Below are positions 36,731 through 46,272 of a stretch of DNA of 64,000 bases, piece after piece (positions within the stretch are counted from its first letter, which is position 1; every line of letters begins with the position of its first letter). The translations under genes and the position numbers were made by a program. This stretch comes from Pseudonocardiaceae bacterium (GTDB lineage Bacteria > Actinomycetota > Actinomycetes > Mycobacteriales > Pseudonocardiaceae), in the NCBI GenBank assembly GCA_036494465.1, contig DASXOJ010000147.1, forward strand, positions 22,955 through 86,954. Reading direction: 5' to 3'. The notes under the pieces were generated by a model. The model was not told the origin of the DNA. It saw nothing but the letters and a program-made list of their open reading frames with translations, and ran no database searches.

Positions 36731-39360
36731 CCGCGACCAGACCGCGCCCCGGCGCTGCGACCGACCACATCGGACTGGCCCCGGTCGAACCGCCGCGCGC
36801 GGTGCTGACCCACCGCCAGGTCGTCCTGGTTTTCATCGGGTTGATGCTCGGCCTGTTCCTCGCCGCGCTGGACCAGATGATCGTCTCGGTGGCGATCCGC
36901 ACCATCGCCGACGACCTGCACGGCCTGGACATCCAGGCGTGGGTGACCACCGCCTACCTGATCACCTCGACGATCAGCACGCCGCTCTACGGCAAGCTCT
37001 CCGACATCTACGGTCGCAAGCCGTTCTTCATCACCGCGATCGTGATCTTCATCGTCGGCTCGGTCGCGTGCACCTTCGCCAACTCGATGTACATGCTCGC
37101 CGGCTTCCGCGCCTTCCAGGGACTTGGCGCTGGCGGGCTGATGTCGCTGGCGCTGGCCATCATCGGTGACGTGGTGCCACCGCGTGAACGCGCCAAGTAC
37201 CAGGGCTACTTCCTCGCCGTGTTCGGTTCGGCCAGCGTGCTCGGGCCGGTCGTCGGCGGGTTCCTCGCCGGACAGTCGCAGATCCTGCACATCGCAGGCT
37301 GGCGCTGGGTGTTCCTGGTGAACGTGCCGATCGCGGCGATCGCGCTGATCGTGGTCGGCAGGGTGCTCAACCTGCCGCACATCCGGCGCAGGCACCGCAT
37401 CGACTACTGGGGCGCGCTGACCATCACCATCTGCCTGGTCCCGCTGCTGATCATCGCCGAGCAGGGCCAGCAGTGGGGCTGGACCTCGCCCCGAGCGTGG
37501 CTGTGTTACGGCGTCGGCGCTGGCGGCCTGGTGCTGTTCATCGTGGCCGAGCTGCTGATGCGCGACGACGCGCTGATCCCGATGCGACTGTTCCGCTCCG
37601 GTGTGTTCAGTGTCACCTCAACCGCCAATTTCATTGTCGGTATGGGCATGTTCGGCGGCATGGCGGTTATTCCGCTCTATTTGCAGATTGTCAAGGGAGC
37701 GTCGCCGACAAAGGCCGGCCTGCTCATTCTGCCACTCGTTCTCGGTATCGCTTTGGCGTCAGTTTTTTCCGGACAGTTGACGGCCCGAACTGGTCGATAC
37801 AAGATTTTCCCACTGCTCGGGACGGCGCTGATGGTCGCCGGTCTGCTGTTGTTGAACACCATCAACGCGGACACCCAACTGTGGCGTACCGACATCTGGA
37901 TGTTCATTTTCGGTTTCGGTCTCGGCAACTGTATGCAGACGCTGATCATCGCGGTGCAGAACGCCGTACCCGCCAGGGATATGGGCGTCGCGTCGTCCTC
38001 GGCCACGTTCTTCCGCCAGATGGGCGCCACCCTGGGTACCGCGGTTTTTCTGTCCATTTTGTTCAGCGTGCTCGGCGGCAAGATCGGCAGTGCCTTCGCG
38101 ACCGAAGCGCGCTCCGCCCCGTTCCAGGCCGCGCTGCACGATCCGGCGGTGATCGCCAATCCCGCCAACGGGCCGGTATTCGCCATACTGCATAATGGTG
38201 GAGTCGGTGCCGCTGCCGGCGGATTGGCCCAGGATTCATCGTTTGTGCAGCGGCTCGATCCGCGATTGGCGCGACCGTTCTTGGACGGTTTCGCCGACTC
38301 GCTGCATCCGGTTTTGCTGACCGCCGCCATAGTGGTCGCGGTCGGTTTCGGTGTATTGCTGTTCTTGAAAGAGGTCCCGCTGCGGATGCAGTCGGGCCTC
38401 GAAGCGAGGATGGCCGAGGACGGCGCCGGGGGCGGTGCCGATCCCGGCGATCAGCTCGGTGGTGAAGGAGGAGGCGTGAGCGCTGGCGAGTATGGCTCCG
38501 TCGAGTTCGACTCAGCGGATCTCAACGGCCGGACGGGTTTGGGCGAGCTTGCGGGAGCGATGCCGATGAGCGGCAGGGACGGGTTTGACGCCCCGGGTGG
38601 CGCGTCGATCAGCGGGCACGTGCGCAGATCGGACGGTCACCCCATCGCGGATTCCGCGCTCACCCTGATCGACATGTCGGGCAGACAGGTCGGCCGCAAC
38701 GCGTCGGGCGTGGACGGCGGGTTCCACATCGTGGTGCCGGGTTCCGGTGCGTACGTGCTGATCGCGTCCGCGGGCGCGCACCAGCCGCAGGCGTCCACGG
38801 TGACCGTCGGAAACGGTCCGGTGACCGTCGACGTGGTGCTGACCGGCACGAGCAGCCTCGCGGGCACGGTCTCCATCGCGGGCCGGGGCACGCCGGTCAT
38901 CGGCGCGGCCGCGACCCTGGCCGATGGCCACGGCGAGGTGGTCAGCTCGCAGCTGACCGACGCGACAGGCAGGTACCTGTTCGGTGAACTGGTCGGCGGC
39001 GTCTACACGCTGGTGATCAGCGCCGAGGGCTACCAGCCGATCGCGACGACGGTCACCGTCGAGTCGACCGGGACGACCACTCAGGACGTGCAGCTCGCCG
39101 GTGGTTCGCACCTGCGCGGCGTCGCGCGGATCGCGGACGGCCGGGTCGTGCCGGACGCGCGGGTCACCCTGCTCGACGGGGCAGGCAACGTGATCGGCAT
39201 GACGACCACCGGTGACGACGGTGAGTACAGCTTCGACGACCTGCCCGAAGGTGACTACACGGTCATCGCGAGCGGCTACCCGCCGGTGGCCAGCACGCTG
39301 CGGGTCGTCGGCGGCGAATTCGGTCAACACGACGTGCGATTGGGACACCCGCAGTCATGA
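36727..39360 (+). CDS. DHA2 MFS transporter fused to three C-terminal carboxypeptidase-regulatory-like beta-sandwich repeats
   Basis: ATGA overlap with MarR; LSDIYGRK, about 14 TM helices; three ~85-aa repeats with G.V...G..V..A..TL.D..G...T...G.Y...G.Y.L pattern. Confidence 0.88.
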   Translation: MTATRPRPGAATDHIGLAPVEPPRAVLTHRQVVLVFIGLMLGLFLAALDQMIVSVAIRTIADDLHGLDIQAWVTTAYLITSTISTPLYGKLSDIYGRKPFFITAIVIFIVGSVACTFANSMYMLAGFRAFQGLGAGGLMSLALAIIGDVVPPRERAKYQGYFLAVFGSASVLGPVVGGFLAGQSQILHIAGWRWVFLVNVPIAAIALIVVGRVLNLPHIRRRHRIDYWGALTITICLVPLLIIAEQGQQWGWTSPRAWLCYGVGAGGLVLFIVAELLMRDDALIPMRLFRSGVFSVTSTANFIVGMGMFGGMAVIPLYLQIVKGASPTKAGLLILPLVLGIALASVFSGQLTARTGRYKIFPLLGTALMVAGLLLLNTINADTQLWRTDIWMFIFGFGLGNCMQTLIIAVQNAVPARDMGVASSSATFFRQMGATLGTAVFLSILFSVLGGKIGSAFATEARSAPFQAALHDPAVIANPANGPVFAILHNGGVGAAAGGLAQDSSFVQRLDPRLARPFLDGFADSLHPVLLTAAIVVAVGFGVLLFLKEVPLRMQSGLEARMAEDGAGGGADPGDQLGGEGGGVSAGEYGSVEFDSADLNGRTGLGELAGAMPMSGRDGFDAPGGASISGHVRRSDGHPIADSALTLIDMSGRQVGRNASGVDGGFHIVVPGSGAYVLIASAGAHQPQASTVTVGNGPVTVDVVLTGTSSLAGTVSIAGRGTPVIGAAATLADGHGEVVSSQLTDATGRYLFGELVGGVYTLVISAEGYQPIATTVTVESTGTTTQDVQLAGGSHLRGVARIADGRVVPDARVTLLDGAGNVIGMTTTGDDGEYSFDDLPEGDYTVIASGYPPVASTLRVVGGEFGQHDVRLGHPQS

Positions 39361-40295
39361 GCACACAACCAGAGTCGACCGACTGGTTCGGCCAGCCCGC
39401 GTCGGCGGAAACGACCTCGCAGGAACCGCCCGCCGCACCGCTGATCCCGCCCGCACCGGCTTCGGTGCCCGCGGGTGAGCCGATCGGCGTCAGCGCGACC
39501 GTGCACACCTCGGACGGCTGGCCGGTGCCCGCCGCCGTGTTGACGGTGACCGACGCGACCGGCCAGCAGGTGGCCAGGGTCGGCGCGGACGCCGATGGGC
39601 GGCTGGCGACCAAGCCGCTGCCGGTCGGCACCTACACCGCGATCGTCACCGCGCCGGGCTTCGATCCGACCGCGCGTGCCGCGCTGGTCACCAGCAGCGG
39701 CGCCGAACTCGGCACCGTCGAACTGGCCAGGGTCGCGGACGCGGAGCTGCCCGCGCCGGGCATCTACACCATCGATCCGGTGCACTCGGCGATCAACGTG
39801 ACCGCGCGGCACCTCGGCTTCGCCACGGTGCGCGGCCGGTTCACCGAGTTCAGCGGCAAGATCGAGATCGGCACGCCGGTCGAGCAGTCGCGGGTGACCG
39901 CGCTGATCGAGGCGGCGAGCATCGACACCGGCAACAAGATGCGCGATGACCACATGCGGTCGGCGGATTTCATGGGCGTCGACGTGCATCCGGTGATCCA
40001 GTACGTGGGCACCTCGATCACGCCGCTGGGCGGGGAGAAGTGGCGGGTGGACGGCAAGCTCACCCTCAACGGCACGACCCGCCCGATCGCGCTGGACCTG
40101 ACCTACCTGGGTGTCGGCCCGGACTCGTGGGGCGGCACGCGTGCCGCGTTCCGCGCGGTCACCGATCTGAAGCGCGAGGACTTCGCGATGAACTTCAACC
40201 AGATGGTCCGCGCCGGGGTCGCCGCAGTGGGCACCACGCTGCGGGTGGAACTGGACATCGAGGCGCTTCAGGGCGATGGTCTGCCGTCGTTCTGA
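39357..40295 (+). CDS. YceI (lipocalin-like) protein with an N-terminal carboxypeptidase-regulatory-like domain
   Basis: IDPVHSAI.V..RHLG..TVRGRF, RDDHMRSADF; N-terminal repeat of the same type as the MFS tails; no signal peptide. Confidence 0.9.
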   Translation: MSTQPESTDWFGQPASAETTSQEPPAAPLIPPAPASVPAGEPIGVSATVHTSDGWPVPAAVLTVTDATGQQVARVGADADGRLATKPLPVGTYTAIVTAPGFDPTARAALVTSSGAELGTVELARVADAELPAPGIYTIDPVHSAINVTARHLGFATVRGRFTEFSGKIEIGTPVEQSRVTALIEAASIDTGNKMRDDHMRSADFMGVDVHPVIQYVGTSITPLGGEKWRVDGKLTLNGTTRPIALDLTYLGVGPDSWGGTRAAFRAVTDLKREDFAMNFNQMVRAGVAAVGTTLRVELDIEALQGDGLPSF

Positions 40296-40311
40296 CCGAG
40301 TATTCCCAGCT

Positions 40312-40345
40312 CAGGCCCTGTCACGTCGTCTCGTGACAGGGCCTG
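40312..40345 (+). terminator. 14-bp stem-loop after yceI
   Basis: caggccctgtcacg-tcgtct-cgtgacagggcctg. Confidence 0.65.
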
Positions 40346-40480
40346 CGTGCGCGGTGCACGTGATCGGATTCACTGTTCGTCCCAACTTTGATAGTTGTGC
40401 ACAGCAAACAAAATTAGTTAGCATAGTTAAAGTAATTGGCGGGACGTAGACGAGTCATGAGCTCGTCCAGGGGAGTGGCC

Positions 40481-43105
40481 GTGGCCATCGCAGCACAGGA
40501 AGCAGCAGCCGGAGTACCGGGCGGTCGAGCACCGGACCGGCGCACTCGATCCCTCGCTGACCTCGGGCCGAACTACAAGTGGATCGCGCTGTCCAACACC
40601 ACGCTGGGCATGCTCATCGCCACCATCAACTCGTCGATCGTGCTGATCGCCCTGCCCGACATCTTCAAGGGCATCAACATCAACCCGCTCGACCCGAGCA
40701 ACACCAGCTACCTGCTCTGGATGATGATGGGCTTCCTCGTCGTCACCGCGGTGCTGGTGGTCAGCTTCGGGCGGATGGGCGACATGTTCGGCCGCGCCAA
40801 GATGTACAACCTCGGCTTCGCGGTCTTCACCATCTCCTCGATCTTCCTCGCGGTCACCTGGATGGACGGCAGCGCGGCAGCCTTGTGGCTGATCGGCTGG
40901 CGCATCATCCAGGGCATCGGCGGCGCGTTCCTGATGGCCAACTCCAGCGCCATCCTCACCGACGCGTTCCCGGCCAACCAGCGCGGTCTTGCCATGGGCT
41001 TCAACGGTGTCGCCGCGATCGCCGGTTCGTTCCTCGGCCTGATCATCGGCGGCCTGCTCTCGCCGGTCAACTGGCACCTGATCTTCCTGGTGTCCGTGCC
41101 CATCGGCGTGATCGGCACCATCTGGGCCTACATCAAGCTGCACGACACCGGCGAGCGCCAGCACTCCAAAATGGACTGGTGGGGCAACATCACCTTCGCG
41201 GTCGGCCTGATCGCGGTACTGGTCGCCATCACCTACGGCATCCAGCCCTACGGCGGCAAGTCCATGGGCTGGACCAACCCGTGGGTGCTCGGCGCCATCA
41301 TCGGCGGCGTGATCATCCTGGTGATCTTCGGCATCATCGAGACCAAGGTGCCCAACCCGCTGTTCAACCTCTCGCTGTTCAAGATCCGCTCGTTCGCCTT
41401 CGGCAACCTGGCCAACCTGACCGCGTCGCTTGGCCGAGGCGGTCTGCAGTTCATCCTGATCATCTGGCTGCAGGGCATCTGGTTGCCGCAGCACGGTTAC
41501 AGCTTCGCGTCGACTCCGCTGTGGGCGGGCATCTACATGCTGCCGATGACCGTCGGGTTCCTGCTCTCCGCGCCGCTGTCCGGAGTTCTCTCCGACCGGC
41601 TCGGCACCAGGGTGTTCGCCGCGGTCGGCATGTTCATCACCGCGCTGACCTTCGTCGGGCTGATCATCGTCCCGGTCAACTTCAACTACATCGCGTTCGC
41701 CGGCATCCTGCTGCTCAACGGTCTCGGCATGGGCATGTTCGCAGCGCCGAACCGGGCCGAGATCATGAACAGCCTGCCCGGCAACGCCCGTGGCGCCGGC
41801 GCGGGCATGACCGCGACCTTCCAGAACGCGGCCATGGTGCTGTCCATCGGCGTGTTCTTCAGCCTGATCATCGCCGGTCTGTCCGCGCACCTCCCGTCGG
41901 CGTTGACCACCGGTCTCACCGCACACGGCGTGTCGGCCAGTTCAGCGGCACAGATCGCCTCGCTGCCCGCGGTGGGCGTGCTGTTCGCGGCGTTCCTCGG
42001 CTACAACCCGATCCAGCAACTGCTCGGGTCGAGCATCCACACGCTGCCCGCCGCGCAGGCCAACTTCCTGACCGGCCGCAGCTTCTTCCCGAGCCTGATC
42101 TCCGGTCCGTTCGCGGACGGCCTGACCATCGCGTTCGTCTTTGCCATCGTGGCCTGCGTGATCGGTGCGATCGCCTCGCTGGCCTGCAAGCCGGCGAAGC
42201 TCTTTGCCCCCGTTGAGGACATCGGCACCGAACTCGCGGGCATCGCGGGTGAACTCGTCGACGAGGACCCGTTCGAGGTCCCCGCCGCGACGCTCACCAT
42301 GACGAATGGCAACAGTCACAACGGTCATGGCGTGCACGAACTCGGCACCATGCTCGGCGGCACCGTGCTCGGTCGTGGCGGCGTGGCCGCCGCAGGCGCG
42401 GTCATCACGCTGACCAGCCCGACCGGCCAGCAGATCGAACGCGCCACCGTCGCCCAGGACGGCACCTATCGTCTCACCGGACTGCGGCCCGGCGGCTACA
42501 CGGTCATCGCCAGCGCGCGCGGTTTCGCCCCGCAGGCGCTGTCCGCGCAGGTCACCGAGACCGAGTCGGCGCGCCGCGACTTCGTGCTGGAAGGCGCCGG
42601 CGCGGTCGGCGGCACCATCCGCGCCGCCCAGCAGGGACCGGGCGTGCCGGACGCGACCGTGGTGGTCACCGACGCCACCGGCGCCGTGGTCGGCCAGTCC
42701 ACCAGCACCCCGCACGGCGACTACCGGATCTCCGGTGTCCCGGACGGCACCCTGACCGTCACCGCGGACGCCAGGGGACACCAGCCCGCCGCCGCGCAGG
42801 TCACCGTGCAGGGCGGTCCGGTCACCATCGACCTGGTGCTGTCCGCGGTCGGTGGCGTGCTCGGCGCGGTCCGCTCGATCAACGGCCGCCCGCTGGCCGG
42901 TGCCACGCTGACCGCGGTCGACGCGGACGGCCGGGTGGCCGCGACCGTCGTCGCCGACGACTCCGGCCAGTACCGCCTCGACGGCCTGCCGGACGGCCAG
43001 TACACCGTGGTCGCCAACCTCTACCAGCCGATGGCTCAGCCGATCCGGATCGGCCCCGGCCAGACCGTGCAGCAGGACGTCACTCTGCACCCGCACGGCG
43101 CGTAA
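40481..43105 (+). CDS. Second DHA2 MFS transporter with three C-terminal carboxypeptidase-regulatory-like repeats
   Basis: GRMGDMFGR, about 14 TM helices, then three repeats. Start uncertain (GTG 40481 has a GGGGAG RBS; 40436 and 40457 are alternatives). Confidence 0.87.
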   Translation: MAIAAQEAAAGVPGGRAPDRRTRSLADLGPNYKWIALSNTTLGMLIATINSSIVLIALPDIFKGININPLDPSNTSYLLWMMMGFLVVTAVLVVSFGRMGDMFGRAKMYNLGFAVFTISSIFLAVTWMDGSAAALWLIGWRIIQGIGGAFLMANSSAILTDAFPANQRGLAMGFNGVAAIAGSFLGLIIGGLLSPVNWHLIFLVSVPIGVIGTIWAYIKLHDTGERQHSKMDWWGNITFAVGLIAVLVAITYGIQPYGGKSMGWTNPWVLGAIIGGVIILVIFGIIETKVPNPLFNLSLFKIRSFAFGNLANLTASLGRGGLQFILIIWLQGIWLPQHGYSFASTPLWAGIYMLPMTVGFLLSAPLSGVLSDRLGTRVFAAVGMFITALTFVGLIIVPVNFNYIAFAGILLLNGLGMGMFAAPNRAEIMNSLPGNARGAGAGMTATFQNAAMVLSIGVFFSLIIAGLSAHLPSALTTGLTAHGVSASSAAQIASLPAVGVLFAAFLGYNPIQQLLGSSIHTLPAAQANFLTGRSFFPSLISGPFADGLTIAFVFAIVACVIGAIASLACKPAKLFAPVEDIGTELAGIAGELVDEDPFEVPAATLTMTNGNSHNGHGVHELGTMLGGTVLGRGGVAAAGAVITLTSPTGQQIERATVAQDGTYRLTGLRPGGYTVIASARGFAPQALSAQVTETESARRDFVLEGAGAVGGTIRAAQQGPGVPDATVVVTDATGAVVGQSTSTPHGDYRISGVPDGTLTVTADARGHQPAAAQVTVQGGPVTIDLVLSAVGGVLGAVRSINGRPLAGATLTAVDADGRVAATVVADDSGQYRLDGLPDGQYTVVANLYQPMAQPIRIGPGQTVQQDVTLHPHGA

Positions 43106-43124
43106 CCAACCCGATCAGCCCGGC

Positions 43125-43159
43125 GCCTGGCCGCACAATCCTTGTGTGGCCAGGCTTTT
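43125..43159 (+). terminator. Intrinsic terminator
   Basis: gcctggccgcacaa-tcc-ttgtgtggccaggc followed by TTTT. Confidence 0.75.
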
Positions 43160-43426
43160 CGGCGTCGATGGCCAACGGATCACAGGCGTGTGAACCCCGG
43201 TTACGCGCGCCGGGTGGTCGAAGATCGTCGGTGGGCGGTCGGTCGCTGACAGGACCGGGCATGTTCCCGCCCTGGCACGGATGTCGGCTTACCGACGGCT
43301 GCCGTGCGGTGGCCGCGTGCACCCGCCGAATGGCCGGTTGCAGCCCGCAACAGGTCGATAATTCTCGTGGCGGCTAACACTTCGCCTTCCTCGTCCGAAG
43401 CACCTTACGGAGGTATGCGACACATC

Positions 43427-43657
43427 ATGAGCACGACCACGGAAACGCGTATGGAAACTGACCAGAACACGCAGGACGACGGAGCGGAGAGACTCCCCAC
43501 CGTGCCCTGCAGCGTCATCTGGAGCCGTGGTCACGCCTACGTCCTCGAACTCATCGTGAACCGCCCGCGCTGGGTAGGCCGCGACGACCGGGGTCGCCCG
43601 GTCGAGTTCAGCTGCACCGAGCTGCAGCGCCGCGGCTGGAGCCGCACCGCCGACTGA
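43427..43657 (+). CDS. Small hypothetical protein
   Basis: LPTVPCSVIWSRG.AYVLE...RPRWVG.DDRGRP...ELQRRGWS; GGAGG upstream; start uncertain. Confidence 0.65.
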   Translation: MSTTTETRMETDQNTQDDGAERLPTVPCSVIWSRGHAYVLELIVNRPRWVGRDDRGRPVEFSCTELQRRGWSRTAD

Positions 43658-43688
43658 AGGTCGTGCCGCCCTGTGGCAGGCTAAGGCC

Positions 43689-44300
43689 GTGGGGCAGGCA
43701 GAAGACACGAAAACCGTCGCTGACCAGCGGTCCGAGGACCGCTGGTTGACCGTGCCGAACGCGCTGAGCGTGCTGCGGCTGCTGGGCGTCCCGGTGTTCC
43801 TGTGGCTGCTGCTCGGCCCGCACGACGACCTGATCGCGCTGGCCCTGCTGGTGTTCAGCGGCGTGACCGACTGGCTGGACGGCAAGCTGGCGCGCTGGCT
43901 CAACCAGATGAGCCGGCTCGGCGCACTGCTCGATCCGGCCGCGGACCGGCTCTACATCTTCGCCACCCTCGTCGCATTCGTGCTGCGCGGCATCGTGCCG
44001 TGGTGGCTCGCGGTCGTCCTGGTGGCCAAGGACGTGGCCGTCGGCCTGTGCCTGCCGGTGCTGCGCCGCGCCGGTTACCAGCCGCCCGAGGTGCACTACG
44101 TTGGCAAGGGCGCGACATTCGCGCTGCTCTACGCGTTTCCGCTGATGCTGCTCGCCCAGAGCGGCTCCATCGCGGCCACCATCGCGCGGCCGATCGGGTA
44201 CGCGTTCATCATCTGGGGATCGGCCTTGTACGTGTGGTCTGGTCTGCTGTACGTCGTCCAGGTGGTGATCGCTGTGCGGCGTCCCGACCGGATTGGCTAA
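43689..44300 (+). CDS. pgsA2: CDP-alcohol phosphatidyltransferase (PgsA2/Rv1822-like)
   Basis: TDWLDGKLAR...GALLDPAADR signature; synteny with gcvH-garA. Confidence 0.88.
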   Translation: MGQAEDTKTVADQRSEDRWLTVPNALSVLRLLGVPVFLWLLLGPHDDLIALALLVFSGVTDWLDGKLARWLNQMSRLGALLDPAADRLYIFATLVAFVLRGIVPWWLAVVLVAKDVAVGLCLPVLRRAGYQPPEVHYVGKGATFALLYAFPLMLLAQSGSIAATIARPIGYAFIIWGSALYVWSGLLYVVQVVIAVRRPDRIG

Positions 44301-44342
44301 ATTTGCGCACACAGCGAAACAGCAGCGTGAGGAGCGTTCGAC

Positions 44343-44726
44343 GTGGTACCCGAGGAGCTGAAGTACACCCAGGAACACGAGTGGGTGGCTCGAACCGGTG
44401 AGGACTCGGTGCGGATCGGCATCACCGACTTCGCCCAGACCCAGCTCGGTGACGTGGTGTTCGTGCAGCTTCCCGAGGTGGGGGAGCAGGTCACCGCTGG
44501 TCAGGCGGTCGGTGAGGTCGAGTCGACCAAGAGTGTCTCGGACATCAACGTGCCGGTCGCCGGTGAGGTCATCGGGCGCAACGACGCCCTGGACGCCAGC
44601 CCGGAACTGGTCAATTCGGACCCATACGGCGAAGGCTGGATGATCGAGATCAAGCTCGCCGACACTTCCGAGGTCGACGGTCTGCTCGATGCCGATGCGT
44701 ATCGGCAGCTGACGGAGCAGGCGTGA
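44343..44726 (+). CDS. gcvH: Glycine cleavage system H protein
   Basis: YTQEHEW, GITDFAQ, lipoyl-Lys motif VESTKSVSD, NSDPYGEGW. Confidence 0.96.
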   Translation: MVPEELKYTQEHEWVARTGEDSVRIGITDFAQTQLGDVVFVQLPEVGEQVTAGQAVGEVESTKSVSDINVPVAGEVIGRNDALDASPELVNSDPYGEGWMIEIKLADTSEVDGLLDADAYRQLTEQA

Positions 44727-44839
44727 TAACGATCTTTCGTCGACTCTTCGGCCGTAAGGGGAGTCAACGCCGGGCTGAGGCGCAGGGCACGGTACGTTGG
44801 GATGGTCACAACGAGTCCAGCAGCAGGAGGAGAGCCCAG

Positions 44840-45286
44840 GTGAGCACGAACGACGGGCCCGGGGTACCACCGGAGGGATTGCCGGAACGTACCTCGGTTT
44901 TCCGGGCCGACTTCCTTTCCGAGGGCGAGCCGGCTGAGACACCCGTCCCTGAACCCAGTGTCGCCGGTGTCGACGCGCTGCCGACTGGTTCTGCTCTGCT
45001 CGTGGTGAAGCGCGGCCCCAACGCGGGTTCGCGGTTCCTGCTGGACCGCGACACCACCAGTGCGGGCCGGCACCCCGACAGCGACATCTTCCTCGACGAC
45101 GTCACGGTTTCCCGTCGGCACGCCGAATTCCGCAGGGAAAGCGGCGAGTTCGTGGTCATCGACGTGGGCAGCCTGAACGGCACCTACGTCAACCGGGAGC
45201 CGGTCGACCAGGCCGTGCTCGCCAACGGTGACGAGGTGCAGATCGGCAAGTTCCGGCTGGTGTTCCTGACCGGATCGAACGCCTGA
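44840..45286 (+). CDS. garA: FHA-domain protein GarA/OdhI
   Basis: TSVFRADF; GRHPDSDIFLDDVTVSRRHA; DVGSLNGTYVN. Confidence 0.93.
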   Translation: MSTNDGPGVPPEGLPERTSVFRADFLSEGEPAETPVPEPSVAGVDALPTGSALLVVKRGPNAGSRFLLDRDTTSAGRHPDSDIFLDDVTVSRRHAEFRRESGEFVVIDVGSLNGTYVNREPVDQAVLANGDEVQIGKFRLVFLTGSNA

Positions 45287-45335
45287 TCCCATCTCTGTCC
45301 GGCTCCGGGGGCGGGGCCCGGTGAGGAGTTCTGCG

Positions 45336-46076
45336 GTGACTGCGGCGGGGCGGCCACAACGAGACGGGTTGAGCATCGGGGCGGTGTTGGCACAACTCCG
45401 CCCCGAGTTCCCGGACGTGACGATCTCGAAGATCCGTTTCCTGGAATCGGAGGGGCTGGTGTGCCCTGGCCGGACTCCGTCCGGCTATCGGCAGTTTGCC
45501 CCTGCCGACGTCGAGCGGCTGAAGTTCGTGCTGGCCGCGCAGCGCGACCACTACCTGCCGCTGAAGGTCATCAAGGAACAGCTCGACGCGGTCGACGATG
45601 GCCGCTGGCAGGGCGCGCCACTCGCGCCCCGGCTGGCCAAGAACCTCGCCGCGCTGGACGGCTCGGGGCACGCGCCGAAGGCAGCGGATTTCCAGGCGGG
45701 CCCGGAAATCCGGATGACCAAGGAGGAGTTCCTCCGCGAGGTCGGCATCGACAACGCGACCCTGGTGGAACTGGAACAGTACGGCCTGGTCAAGCCCGGT
45801 GCCGCCGGTTTCTACAACCCGGACGCGGTCGTCGTCGCGCGCACCGTGAAGACCATGACCGAGTTCGGCATCGAACCGCGCCACCTGCGCGCCTTCCGCG
45901 CCTCCGCCGATCGCGAGGTCGGTTTACTCGAACAGATCGTGACGCCCTTACAGCGGCAGCACGACCCGGACGCCCGGGCTCGCGCCGACGAGGTCGTCCG
46001 CGAACTCGCCGCCCTCTCCGTCACGCTGCACACCCTCTTGGTAAAGGCCGGTCTGCGCGCGGTAACTGGCGGTTGA
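45336..46076 (+). CDS. ftsR: MerR family regulator (FtsR/Rv1828-like)
   Basis: SIGAVL..L..EFPDVTISKIRFLE, RTPSGYR; directly after garA as in other actinobacteria. Confidence 0.85.
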   Translation: MTAAGRPQRDGLSIGAVLAQLRPEFPDVTISKIRFLESEGLVCPGRTPSGYRQFAPADVERLKFVLAAQRDHYLPLKVIKEQLDAVDDGRWQGAPLAPRLAKNLAALDGSGHAPKAADFQAGPEIRMTKEEFLREVGIDNATLVELEQYGLVKPGAAGFYNPDAVVVARTVKTMTEFGIEPRHLRAFRASADREVGLLEQIVTPLQRQHDPDARARADEVVRELAALSVTLHTLLVKAGLRAVTGG

Positions 46077-46272
46077 TTGGGCCGGATGCGGCGCAAGAGC
46101 GCCGGTTTCGTCGGCAAAATGTCGTATCGTAACCGCGAAGGTCCAAGTAGGGGTAAGCATCTGGCTCCGATGGCGGGTAGCGTCTGAGGTAGCTGCGAAA
46201 CTTGATGCGAGCAGAGCAGCACACGCTGTTGGTCCCGGTCTGGTCCTTGGTCGCTTGAGGAGGCGAAGCCCG

